A stretch of 64,000 bases of DNA. Origin: Candidatus Bathyarchaeota archaeon (GTDB lineage: Archaea > Thermoproteota > Bathyarchaeia > Bathyarchaeales > Bathycorpusculaceae). The stretch lies in assembly GCA_963715865.1 (NCBI GenBank), contig OY970280.1, forward strand, positions 1,984,001 to 2,048,000, given 5' to 3'. The notes under the pieces were generated by a model that worked only from the letters and a program-made list of their open reading frames with translations, searched no databases and had not been told where the DNA came from. Position numbers and translations under genes: made by a program. Of the stretch, positions 20,577 through 29,644 are shown piece after piece (position 1 is the first letter of the stretch; each line of letters begins with the position of its first letter).

Positions 20577-21782
20577 TTATGCCCAAAAGCTCTTTGAATA
20601 CTCGCCTAAAACGCCCTCGTATATGCGCTTGGTTTGCTGCGCGATTTTTTCCCAATCGTACTTTTCTTGAACTCTTTTATAGGCGTTTTCTTTGATGCAT
20701 TTTCGGTAGTTTTCATCAAGCAAAACCTTGGTTATTCCCCAAGCCAAGGAATCAGGATTATTTGGGTAAACTTTAACTCCTGTCACGTCATGCTCAATGA
20801 TTTCTGATAAACCCCCAGTGTCAGATGCAACCACTGGGCTTCTCGCTGCCATAGCTTCCAACGCGACGATTCCGAACGGTTCGAAAAGTGATGGCACAAC
20901 GGAAACGTCAGCGCATTTCTGAAGTTTAAGCAAGGTTTGTTCATCGAGAAAGCCTTCGAAAAGAACTTTGTGCTCAAGTCTCATGCTGCGCACAATGTTT
21001 AGCAGTTGCTCTTTCATGTAGCCGCTGCCTACAATTATGAATTTAGCGTTGACTTTCTCCAAAATCTTGGGAACAGCGTTAATTAATACGTGGATGCCTT
21101 TTTCGTAAACCAGCCTGCCTACAAAGAGCACTATTTTTTCTTCAGGCAAAGCAAACTTGCTTCGGAAATCCTTTAAATCAGCATCAATATCGTTGTAACA
21201 ATCCGTGTTTACGCCGTTAGGAACCATGACTAACTTGTCGCTTGGAAGACCGAAAGCCCATTTAACGTGTGTAATCATGTATTCACTACAGCAAATTACC
21301 TTCCACGCTTCATATGTTAGCCAAGCTTCAGTTTCATGGATCATTTTTTCAGTGCTGGTGTGTAATCCGTCTCTTCTGCCCATCTCAGTTGAATGCATGG
21401 TTACCAAGAGGGGCTTTCGGAAAACATGTTTGAGTCCTATGCCTGCATTTGCCACAAGCCAATCGTGAGCGTGAAAAACATCAATTTTATTAGCGATTTT
21501 CCGTGTTAACGCCGCCGTTTCCTTTTGCATATTCAAGTTCATTAGGTAAACCCATGTTGCGAAATCTGGTGCTGGGTTTTTGTAAGAGTCAATACGGTAA
21601 ACTTCAACGCCATCAATTATTTCATGGGAGGGTGCATCTGGAAAATCGCAGGTTATCACGTAAACCTTTACGCCTTGTTTTGCTAAACTTTTTGATAAAA
21701 AGTAAACGTGCGGTGATATTCCCCCGATTATTCTGGGCGGAAACTCCCAGCTCAGCATCATAACAGTTAAATCGTCTTTCAT
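20577..21782 (-). CDS. GT4 family glycosyltransferase
   Basis: SWEFPPRIIGG, HAHDW, HSTE, FVGRLVYEKG, EPFGIVALEAMA. Confidence 0.92.
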   Translation of the reverse strand: MKDDLTVMMLSWEFPPRIIGGISPHVYFLSKSLAKQGVKVYVITCDFPDAPSHEIIDGVEVYRIDSYKNPAPDFATWVYLMNLNMQKETAALTRKIANKIDVFHAHDWLVANAGIGLKHVFRKPLLVTMHSTEMGRRDGLHTSTEKMIHETEAWLTYEAWKVICCSEYMITHVKWAFGLPSDKLVMVPNGVNTDCYNDIDADLKDFRSKFALPEEKIVLFVGRLVYEKGIHVLINAVPKILEKVNAKFIIVGSGYMKEQLLNIVRSMRLEHKVLFEGFLDEQTLLKLQKCADVSVVPSLFEPFGIVALEAMAARSPVVASDTGGLSEIIEHDVTGVKVYPNNPDSLAWGITKVLLDENYRKCIKENAYKRVQEKYDWEKIAQQTKRIYEGVLGEYSKSFWA

Positions 21783-22405
21783 TTGCCCTTTAAGCCTCCA
21801 GCTGTACTATTGTATAGTGTAAGGATTTCTGTTATCCAAGAAGTCGGGTTGGTGGAGATAACGACTATTTTTTCTTTCGGCACCTTGTAAATCCTAATGA
21901 CCTCATCACGCATCCACTCTGATTTAACGCTGATTTTTTCTGCCTCATAAAAACCCAGCCACTCAACACCTTTGATAGCCATGTTGTAGGATGTATTTGT
22001 GTTTGGAGAACGATGGTCTTCCAAGCTTTCAACAGAATAAACAAACGGTATGCCAAGGCCGTTTTTCAAAGTGACCGCTGCTGGAATGAAATGCCAGTCG
22101 TGAACGTCTACGAGGTCAATTTGCTTTTTGGCTTGATAGTAAATGTTGGCTGCGGCTCTTTCAACTTCTTGGTTTAGTGTTAAAACCCACGTTAAAACTC
22201 CGATGTGGGTTCGAACAGGGTTTGGTACTCTGACTGTTTTTACTCCTGTTGGTTCTTGAGCTAAACCGGTAAAAAAATCGTCGTAAGTTACAACGTTGAC
22301 TTCCACATTATTAGCGACGAGTTGGGTTGATAAGGCTTTTACGTATTCTGAGAGTTTACCTACCACTCTTGGTGGATACTCCCACGAAAAAATAATGATA
22401 CGCAT
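21779..22405 (-). CDS. Stand-alone GT4 N-terminal domain protein
   Basis: SWEYPPRVVG, VHDW; only 208 aa with no C-terminal donor-binding domain; ATGA overlap with the next gene. Confidence 0.75.
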   Translation of the reverse strand: MRIIIFSWEYPPRVVGKLSEYVKALSTQLVANNVEVNVVTYDDFFTGLAQEPTGVKTVRVPNPVRTHIGVLTWVLTLNQEVERAAANIYYQAKKQIDLVDVHDWHFIPAAVTLKNGLGIPFVYSVESLEDHRSPNTNTSYNMAIKGVEWLGFYEAEKISVKSEWMRDEVIRIYKVPKEKIVVISTNPTSWITEILTLYNSTAGGLKGK

Positions 22406-22412
22406 ATTTCCA

Positions 22413-22664
22413 CTACGTGAAAAGCGAGCAGACCTTAATTATTCCTCGTCCATTAAGATAATACCGTTTTTTTCCTTCATTATCAACGAAGCTCTCGGCG
22501 AAGCCCTCTGACTTGTACTGGTCTAAAATGCTCTCGATCTCATTTGGGTCTTTCTGCAAAAGCCTCGCTACTTCTTCTCCTCTTCTTGCCAAATCAGCGG
22601 CTGTAGCGCATAAGTTATGCAGTGTTTGCAAAACCTTGTCTGGAAACGGAAGTTCTTCTCTCAT
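22413..22664 (-). CDS. Small wHTH-like hypothetical protein
   Basis: 83-aa ORF in operon position; helix-turn-helix plus beta-wing pattern ending RYYL...G. Confidence 0.55.
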   Translation of the reverse strand: MREELPFPDKVLQTLHNLCATAADLARRGEEVARLLQKDPNEIESILDQYKSEGFAESFVDNEGKKRYYLNGRGIIKVCSLFT

Positions 22665-22730
22665 TTTTAACGCACCCTGCTGTCAAATAGTTATGATAAC
22701 TTCTCTTATAAACGCTTACGCGATAGCTGC

Positions 22731-24278
22731 TTAGAAAAGCTTGGTTGCATCCTGCATTTGCTTATTTAGGACAGTATAACGTTTTTCTGCAAAATTAACT
22801 ATTGTTTTTCTTAGTTTTTCGCCTTTTTCTTCTGAATCCTTAATTTCTTTGAACTTGGATGCTAATTTTTGGTCTTTAAGGGAGTTTTTTGCCCAGCTTT
22901 CAAAGTCTCCATTGCAAACGTGGAACTCTATGGCTTTGAGGTTAACTTCTTCGATTGCTTTAATGAATCCTTTCAGGCTCCAAGCCATGGTTCCCGTGTA
23001 ATATTCCTTTCCAACGCCCGTGTAGAACAGGAAAGGCTCGTTCGCCGTTAAAATCGCCATTCTAAGCCTAGCTTCAAAATCGGTTAGCAACGTTTGTGCT
23101 GCCGCGAAAGCATCCATGGGCGACTCGAATGGGCTGAAGTAAGAGTGGACTTCTCCTGGTCCGCCGCCTGCAGTGAACATATAGTATAAGTGGTCGCTTA
23201 TTTGGAAGTCACGCCAAAGTTTGAGAAATTCGCGGTCGTCAGCTTCTTTTATGAATGGCTCCAATCGCCGCAAAGTGGTGTAGTACGCCCATTGCATTAC
23301 GTTGCCAAGCCATCCAGTTTGGTCTCTTTGGATGTCTGCCCAGGAAACGGTGCCTCCTGTTTCAGGTACATCAATTTCGCCTGCTGGCGCATGCCTATCT
23401 ACTACTTCGGAAGGCGTAGCCATCTGCAAATGCTCAAACCTCAATATCTCTTCGGGAAGGTGTTGCAGGAAGCTGTGGATGCCTGTTTCGGGCCAGTGAT
23501 GTTCGCCGAAGGTTTCGTAGTCAGGGAAAATATTGATGCATGCGCCCGGTGTGCCTGCTAGCCAACCTGCGTATTTATCCGCTGTCAGGGGCCATTCGGG
23601 CCACCATCGTGCTGAAAACCTAAAGCCAATGTCGTCGGTTAGTTTGTAGTTGCGGAGTAAAACACGAATTTTCCTTGAGCCTTTCGGTGTGTAGATGTAG
23701 TTTGGGGATTTTTCGCCGAGAATTTTCTCGATGCCTTCGGTGTAGATGCCCTTGTAACCTAAGGTTTCAACCGTTTTAGCGATGGTGTTGTTGTAGAGAA
23801 GTTCGGTGTTCTCGAAAACGTTCGGCACGTAGCCTAGTAAGTCCTTTACGGTTTGTCTGTGCATTTTTGCCTGTTCAATAAACTCTTCTTTATCAGGATA
23901 AAGGCTGGAGATTGAGTGGTAGTAGGTTTGGTTTAGGAATTCCACGCGTCCAGTGGCGGCCATTTGCCTGAAAGTTTCAAGGAGGTCATGGTCAAACATT
24001 TCGCATTGTTCAAGGAACACTCCTGAAATGCTGAATGAGACTTTAACTTGCTTGCGCTCATGCTTGTGCCTGTCTATTAAGTCGAGCAGTATCTGGTTTG
24101 AAGGAAAATAGCATTTGCGTGCAGCACGCTTAAAAATTTCCCTGTCAACCTCATTGTCAAAATAATAATTGAATAATTCTTCTTTCTTCAAGCGCCTGAA
24201 AACTTTGCCTTCCCAAAACAAGTTCCGCCTTAGCCTGTGCGGCTGATGAACCTCGAAGATAAACACAACATCCGTCAT
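22731..24278 (-). CDS. GH57 alpha-amylase-like glycoside hydrolase with C-terminal DUF5752-like domain
   Basis: FEVHQP, QTYYHS, NTEL (nucleophile), DYETFGEH (acid/base), SDHLYYM. Confidence 0.92.
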   Translation of the reverse strand: MTDVVFIFEVHQPHRLRRNLFWEGKVFRRLKKEELFNYYFDNEVDREIFKRAARKCYFPSNQILLDLIDRHKHERKQVKVSFSISGVFLEQCEMFDHDLLETFRQMAATGRVEFLNQTYYHSISSLYPDKEEFIEQAKMHRQTVKDLLGYVPNVFENTELLYNNTIAKTVETLGYKGIYTEGIEKILGEKSPNYIYTPKGSRKIRVLLRNYKLTDDIGFRFSARWWPEWPLTADKYAGWLAGTPGACINIFPDYETFGEHHWPETGIHSFLQHLPEEILRFEHLQMATPSEVVDRHAPAGEIDVPETGGTVSWADIQRDQTGWLGNVMQWAYYTTLRRLEPFIKEADDREFLKLWRDFQISDHLYYMFTAGGGPGEVHSYFSPFESPMDAFAAAQTLLTDFEARLRMAILTANEPFLFYTGVGKEYYTGTMAWSLKGFIKAIEEVNLKAIEFHVCNGDFESWAKNSLKDQKLASKFKEIKDSEEKGEKLRKTIVNFAEKRYTVLNKQMQDATKLF

Positions 24279-24379
24279 AACACTTCGCCTTAAGAACAGA
24301 ATATCACAGGTACATTTATTTCTAGTTTGCCGTTTATGGGTTAAAATTGCAAAAACGAAGTAAAATAAAAAAATTCAGG

Positions 24380-24583
24380 TTACTTTTTCTTTTCTTCTTT
24401 CTCTTTTGGTTTCGAGCCAATCTCCACGCATTGAATGTTGACCTGGTAATTTTTTTCTCCGACCTGCATTTTCCCGTAAGCGTGAAAGCCTTTGCTTCCA
24501 GTCTTGAAGTTTTTCTCATTTAAAATAAAAGATTGCTTTGAGCCGTTCAACTGAATTGTCGCTAAATTAACTTGTTCACTCAC
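24380..24583 (-). CDS. Small conserved hypothetical protein (F.TGS.G motif)
   Basis: 67-aa ORF, NFKTGSKGFHAYGK...YQVNIQCVEIGSK; RBS-like AGGTGA upstream. Confidence 0.65.
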   Translation of the reverse strand: MSEQVNLATIQLNGSKQSFILNEKNFKTGSKGFHAYGKMQVGEKNYQVNIQCVEIGSKPKEKEEKKK

Positions 24584-24833
24584 TCTAAGGTCACCTTTAT
24601 TTTAGATAATCATGCATTGTGCCTTTTCACCTTTTCGCTTAAATTAAATATTTTTTGCACCCAGCTAGCGTTTTCCAAAATGTTTCTCCGTTAAAATTTT
24701 TACTCTTTGTTTTTGTTTACGCATTCTTCTCGAATACAGGTCTATTGATATCATACAATGTAGGGAAGAGAAAGATAGATAGCCGTAAAGAAAACGGTTA
24801 TGTTTTTAGGTATGACTACATTATAGTAAGACT

Positions 24834-25064
24834 ATGAATAAGTCGTCTCAGGTTCGTGTTAAACGTAAGGGGCAGGTTACTATCCCATTGGAGCTTAGGT
24901 CGAAGCTTGGCATAGAAGAGGGAGCCCTTCTAGAAATTAAAGAAGAAGAAGGCACCATTGTGCTGAAACCTACCCCTCGATTGGAAGGTGGCAAAGTTGT
25001 TGGCAAAGAAGAGCATAAGAAAGTCATCCGTGAACTTGATCAGCTTCGGAGAGACTGGCGTTGA
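24834..25064 (+). CDS. vapB: AbrB/MazE/SpoVT-type antitoxin (VapB-like)
   Basis: VKRKGQVTIPLELRSKLGIEEG...IVLKP. Confidence 0.88.
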   Translation: MNKSSQVRVKRKGQVTIPLELRSKLGIEEGALLEIKEEEGTIVLKPTPRLEGGKVVGKEEHKKVIRELDQLRRDWR

Positions 25065-25456
25065 CAGGCATAGCCGACACCCGCCTATTGCTTACCTTAG
25101 AGTTCCCACCAACTGAGGAAATTAGAATTAAAGCAGCAGATTTTGTTGAAAAAGAAATCGCAAGACACCTCCTTGCACCTTCGATTATTCTAACTGAATT
25201 TATTGAAATCGCAGGAGCAAGGATTGGTGAAGATGCTGCTAAGACAAGGATAAGACTGCTCAGAGAAAGGGGAATGCGGACTGTTGCTTTAGATGAAGAA
25301 GAGGCACTGGTCGCTGGTAGCCTTCTTCTTTCCCATCGAAACGTGCCAATTGCCGACGCACTGATCGCGTCATTCGTAAAAACTGGAGTTGCAGAATACG
25401 TGGTCACAGATGACCCGCACTTTAAGGAATTAGGCATTAGAACAAAATGGTTCTAA
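25061..25456 (+). CDS. vapC: PIN-domain toxin VapC
   Basis: IADT, TEF, IADALIA, VVTDDPHF; 4-bp overlap with the antitoxin gene. Confidence 0.88.
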   Translation: MTGIADTRLLLTLEFPPTEEIRIKAADFVEKEIARHLLAPSIILTEFIEIAGARIGEDAAKTRIRLLRERGMRTVALDEEEALVAGSLLLSHRNVPIADALIASFVKTGVAEYVVTDDPHFKELGIRTKWF

Positions 25457-25496
25457 ACTAAAAGAGAATCCACCAGTAATAAGCAATAAGGCATCT

Positions 25497-25543
25497 TGGT
25501 TCGGTCGCCGGGATTCGAACCCAGGTCGTCATCGTGGAAGGCT
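25497..25543 (-). repeat. Degenerate tRNA-Gly(TCC) 3'-half copy (att-like scar)
   Basis: Minus strand AGCCTTCCACGATGACGACCTGGGTTCGAATCCCGGCGACCGAACCA aligns from the anticodon loop to CCA with the tRNA at 32146-32223; no 5' half. Confidence 0.85.
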
Positions 25544-25611
25544 GTAGCTAAAGAGAATCTGCATTAGTTCTTTAACAATCGTGACAACAACTTGCACGGT
25601 TGTTTTAAAAA

Positions 25612-25953
25612 TTATTCAGTATTCTTCAAAATCCTTTCGAACAGAGGCTTTAGGTTGGGCACATCAACGGTTACAGTGCTCCAGACTCTTTTCAGGTCAA
25701 CGCCGAAGTACTCATGGATCGCTTTGTCTCTCATTCCAGCCATCTCTTTCCATGGAATTTGAGGGTAACGGTTCCTAATAGGCGCAGGTATGTTTTTGAC
25801 GGCTTCACCAATAATTTCTAAAGCTCGGATAACAGCGTAGACAGTCTTTCTGTCTTTCACAAAAGCATCGAATTCCATATTTCTTACGAATTTTTGGGCG
25901 TCATCCATTGCAAGAATAATGTCTTCAATGTAGTCCAAAAACTCCTTTTTCAT
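25612..25953 (-). CDS. HEPN/DUF86 ribonuclease toxin (HepT-like)
   Basis: AVIRALEIIGEAVK.IP...IPWKEMAGMRDKAIHEYFGVD (R-x4-H). Confidence 0.92.
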   Translation of the reverse strand: MKKEFLDYIEDIILAMDDAQKFVRNMEFDAFVKDRKTVYAVIRALEIIGEAVKNIPAPIRNRYPQIPWKEMAGMRDKAIHEYFGVDLKRVWSTVTVDVPNLKPLFERILKNTE

Positions 25954-26258
25954 ACATTTACAACTTCTTCTAAAACATGTTTTCCTATTCTTGTTTTGAG
26001 GGTTTGCTTTTCGACAAGGTCAACTTTGACCCCTAAAACCTCAGTCAGGTAATTTTCAAATCTGATGAAGCCAAGCAGGCTCAGGCTTGCTGATTCGTCG
26101 AACTCGACCAAAATGTCAACGTCACTTGTTTTTTTCTGTTCGCCTCTAACGTAAGAACCGAATATGCCTATTTCTTTCACTTTGTATTTTTGCTTCAATT
26201 CTTCTTTGTGCTTGGCCAGAATGCTTCTTATTTCCTCGAATGTTTTCATGCCTGTCAT
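25950..26258 (-). CDS. Minimal nucleotidyltransferase antitoxin (MntA-like)
   Basis: IGIFGSYVRGEQKKTSDVDILVEF...KVDLV. Confidence 0.92.
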   Translation of the reverse strand: MTGMKTFEEIRSILAKHKEELKQKYKVKEIGIFGSYVRGEQKKTSDVDILVEFDESASLSLLGFIRFENYLTEVLGVKVDLVEKQTLKTRIGKHVLEEVVNV

Positions 26259-26315
26259 ACTTTAAGTTGGATATTGAAAAGTTAAGGTTTGCCCTTTGTC
26301 TTCTGTAAACCGTAA

Positions 26316-26333
26316 TGGTGCGGTCGCCGGGAT
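26316..26333 (-). repeat. 18-bp copy of the tRNA-Gly 3' end including CCA (att-like scar)
   Basis: tggtgcggtcgccgggat; 17 bp identical to 32146-32162 plus the terminal A of CCA. Confidence 0.85.
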
Positions 26334-26730
26334 GCAGACCCAAACGGGTTCAAATACCAACTGAAACCGAACTGAGGTGGAGCCGCTGGGCCCCGAACCC
26401 AAACTCTGGTGGAGCCTCATCTAAGAATTATTTACCTGGATTCCAATTTTCTATTGACGCTTCAAGAGGTCAAATCTTCATCGCTCCCTCCTGACGCACA
26501 TGGAAAGACTAAGCCACGTTTCCTAAAAAAAGACAATGGGGGATTGGCGACATCTTAGAGCATTTAGGGTTTGCTGAGGCTCTGGAACATTCTTTAGGAG
26601 AAAAGAAACGCAAAGCTTGCTAAAGGCTATTGCTTTTTGTTAATTTAACCAGAGCCTTCTCAGCCCTCATCTCTTCTCCATTGCTTTTTAAGACTAAAAA
26701 AGGGGGAAGTGTTGTTTTTGTTTGGCATTT

Positions 26731-29400
26731 TTATGGTCGTTTCCTGAGTATAAGTACTGTAGCAATGGCTATTGCTATGATTATGGCGACTGTTGAAATG
26801 GCAAAGTATGTCTCTGTAGGTGGCAAATTAACTACTGGATATGGCGATGCCGTTGGCGCTGCAGCGCTAGCGTAGATGTGTGTTTCACCGTATGATGGCC
26901 AGTAACCGTTGGTGCCAGCGAAATTAGCGTAAACTGTGAAGTTCCCTGGAATGTCAGGTGTCCATGCAAGGCTGAAAGAGCCGCTTGCATCAGTTGTTGT
27001 AGTGCCTATGCTTCTGAAGTTGTTGTTAGAGTCTAAGACATTTATTGTCACTGGAACGCCTGTGAAATCAGTCGGGCATGGTTGCTGCTGGTAAACGTAG
27101 CCCATCCAATCCTTCATGCTTGCATCAGATGCAACTGGAACTCCATTCGGAAAGTCAGCTGCCTGCTCAGTTTGCTTAGTGCCAGTAGAAATATCAGTCA
27201 CTGTACCCTGTATCACCACTGTTGTCCCTACATCGACAGAAGTAAGTGGCGCCTGAACTGTAGTAGCACTTGGTCCTCTGCCAACAACGTAGATTTGATT
27301 ATCATAGCCATTGAACCATGTATTATAGCCGTCCGCCATAGCGTAACTAAAGACCTCGAATTCACCAGTATACTCTGAAATGGTCCAGATTTCTGCTCCA
27401 GTCGTAGCGTTAATTGCACGTGCCAATCCACCTTTGAATAGTGGTGTTTCAGGAGTGTGCTCTGTTGTGACGGTGTAGACTATTCCGCTGCCGATGGCGT
27501 TAACGAAGGTTGGATAGTGGCTGAAAGGTGTTTCAAGGCCAGAATCTGTGCTGTTGCCTTCACCGCCATTACCGTATGTCCAAAGAATATTTCCATTCTT
27601 TGTATCGTAGCAATAGACTATGCCCGCGTATGCGCTACTGTACATTTTACCATAAGCAAACGCATTTGCCAAGCTACCGGATGCTGGGCTGCCGTAGTAA
27701 TCAAGGTATGATTGCGCTGTAGTTGGACCCCAAAGTTTCGCGCCAGTATCTAAGCTGTAGCCTACATACTGCATAGTTTCCCTATAGTTTTCAACGAAGA
27801 CACGATTTACTGGGTCAATCCCTGCTTCTAGGACAGTGATATTTCCTGCAGGAGGGTTATAGGTCTGGTGCCACAATATTGAGCCAAGTCCACTTCCTTG
27901 GTTGATGTTGATTGCGAAGTATGTGTAGGGAGTCCAGCTTGGTAAACCCATGAACACGGCGCCTACTGCAGGTAGACTACCGCTGTAACAAAGCAGCAGA
28001 TCATTATTGATTGCTCCGACTTCAGTAGTAGCACCCGCAGTGTTCACGTATGGCACAGAAACGTTGTAGTCTAACATGCTTGGATCGGCTCCGTCAGTTA
28101 TCGGCGGAACTTCAGTGGGCGATGTTGATTCACCATTGTATTGACCAGTCCACAGTCGGGATGAGTTCCACTCTTGCAGATAGTAGTTTGTGGGTCCTGT
28201 CGGGTTACCGAACATATCTTTGGGTCCCAAGTTTACCAGGGACAGTATTAGGTGTTCACCGTTTGGACCAAGTATTGTTGTGCCTGAGGGAACATTAGTT
28301 ACGTTGAACATTGGATCTCCTGTGTATGCATCAAAAGCTCTCCAAGATGACGTGAAGAGTATTGGTGGGTAAACTCCGTGTTGGTTAGCGTCTTGAACGT
28401 CATAAATGTAGGCGAATGACAGTGCGGGTACGTCGCTGCGAGACCAAACTACTTGCCCTGTTTGCAGGTTGACGCAGTCGGTTGGACCGTAAGCGCCACC
28501 AGCCAGGGAACCTGGGACACCTGAGAACGATATAGGTTCAGTGTAGTACAAAAATCCGTTAACAATTATCGGATTGGTGTATCTTTGATTGTACGCGGAA
28601 CCCTCGAAGTATGAGTCGCCCGCAATTGCAGTTTGGTTTCCTCCGACAATGCCGCCCATTTGCAGGGGCTTGGTCCACATAACGTGGCTGGTAAGAGAGC
28701 CTACTAGGTCTCCTGCTCCGGCTAATTGTTCACCGTTGCCTCCCAAATTGTATGTACCGCTGAAGCCTGTGTATCCTGGTGCACCTGAACCTAGCCAGTT
28801 TGACGAAATCGTGTACCAGTTAGAGTTATAACCGTATATTGGGCGTGTCCAGTAAGCAGTTGGAAGCGGAGTTGTTGGGTAATTGGCAATTGGTGTTTGC
28901 TGAACAGTGAGTGTTGTTGATGCAGAGCTGGCTTCATAAGTATCGTTATAGTATGGGCTTTGTCCAAAAGTAAAGTAGATGAAGGATAAAACTGGCTCAG
29001 TGTATGTGTACACTTGTCCTGGGAAATTAAAGGTGAGATTGTATGTGCCGGTTTGGGTAGGAGTGAAGTAGTAGTCCTGTGCTCCTGTTGAATCTGAGAC
29101 AACAGCCCAAGTCTGTGTTGTTTTTGTACCGTCAGGCGCAGTAATGGTGAGACCGTAGTTGTGCCATCGAACATCATTCGGTATTGCTGCTCCATCTATT
29201 ACCAAGTTAAGCCACATGATAACTTCCACTGATTGACCAGTACCTACTGGATTAGGTGAAACGTTAATGTAGGCGTACGTTGGGACATTCCATGCAGGTG
29301 TATGTGCACTAGCAGTTGGCACTAGCATCATTGAAGCTGTCATTGAAAACATTAGGAATATAGCAATCGCAATAGCTGCAGATTTACTTTTTGTTTGCAT
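26731..29400 (-). CDS. Large secreted, C-terminally anchored protein: Ig-like domain, PQQ-like beta-propeller, Ig-like domain, TM anchor
   Basis: Signal peptide; repeats such as DCVNLQTGQVVW, YSLDTGAKLWG, YCYDTKNGNILW, AINATTGAEIW; C-terminal TM plus LRKRP; start at ATG 29400 (track TTG 29430). Confidence 0.8.
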   Translation of the reverse strand: MQTKSKSAAIAIAIFLMFSMTASMMLVPTASAHTPAWNVPTYAYINVSPNPVGTGQSVEVIMWLNLVIDGAAIPNDVRWHNYGLTITAPDGTKTTQTWAVVSDSTGAQDYYFTPTQTGTYNLTFNFPGQVYTYTEPVLSFIYFTFGQSPYYNDTYEASSASTTLTVQQTPIANYPTTPLPTAYWTRPIYGYNSNWYTISSNWLGSGAPGYTGFSGTYNLGGNGEQLAGAGDLVGSLTSHVMWTKPLQMGGIVGGNQTAIAGDSYFEGSAYNQRYTNPIIVNGFLYYTEPISFSGVPGSLAGGAYGPTDCVNLQTGQVVWSRSDVPALSFAYIYDVQDANQHGVYPPILFTSSWRAFDAYTGDPMFNVTNVPSGTTILGPNGEHLILSLVNLGPKDMFGNPTGPTNYYLQEWNSSRLWTGQYNGESTSPTEVPPITDGADPSMLDYNVSVPYVNTAGATTEVGAINNDLLLCYSGSLPAVGAVFMGLPSWTPYTYFAININQGSGLGSILWHQTYNPPAGNITVLEAGIDPVNRVFVENYRETMQYVGYSLDTGAKLWGPTTAQSYLDYYGSPASGSLANAFAYGKMYSSAYAGIVYCYDTKNGNILWTYGNGGEGNSTDSGLETPFSHYPTFVNAIGSGIVYTVTTEHTPETPLFKGGLARAINATTGAEIWTISEYTGEFEVFSYAMADGYNTWFNGYDNQIYVVGRGPSATTVQAPLTSVDVGTTVVIQGTVTDISTGTKQTEQAADFPNGVPVASDASMKDWMGYVYQQQPCPTDFTGVPVTINVLDSNNNFRSIGTTTTDASGSFSLAWTPDIPGNFTVYANFAGTNGYWPSYGETHIYASAAAPTASPYPVVNLPPTETYFAISTVAIIIAIAIATVLILRKRP

Positions 29401-29644
29401 TTTTCTTTTTTCTCCTTTTTCTGTGATCAAACTCTTGCCGTTATTTTGTATTTAAAACTTTAGATTACTAACAAAAATATCGAATAAAATTGCCATTTTT
29501 TACAACAAAAGGCAATAATATAAGTTTAAATCACAACACAAAATCTGCCAACAGCAAAACTGGAAATAAAACCGATAATGCCAAATGTGCGATGAATTTA
29601 AATACAATAAAAAGTACCATGAACCCTAACGAGGGATACCAGTC

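Larger units (their letters stand above)
25544..26315. mobile_element. Mini-island carrying only the MNT-HEPN pair between two tRNA-Gly 3'-end copies
   Basis: Bounded by the scars at 25497-25543 and 26316-26333; no integrase. Confidence 0.55.
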
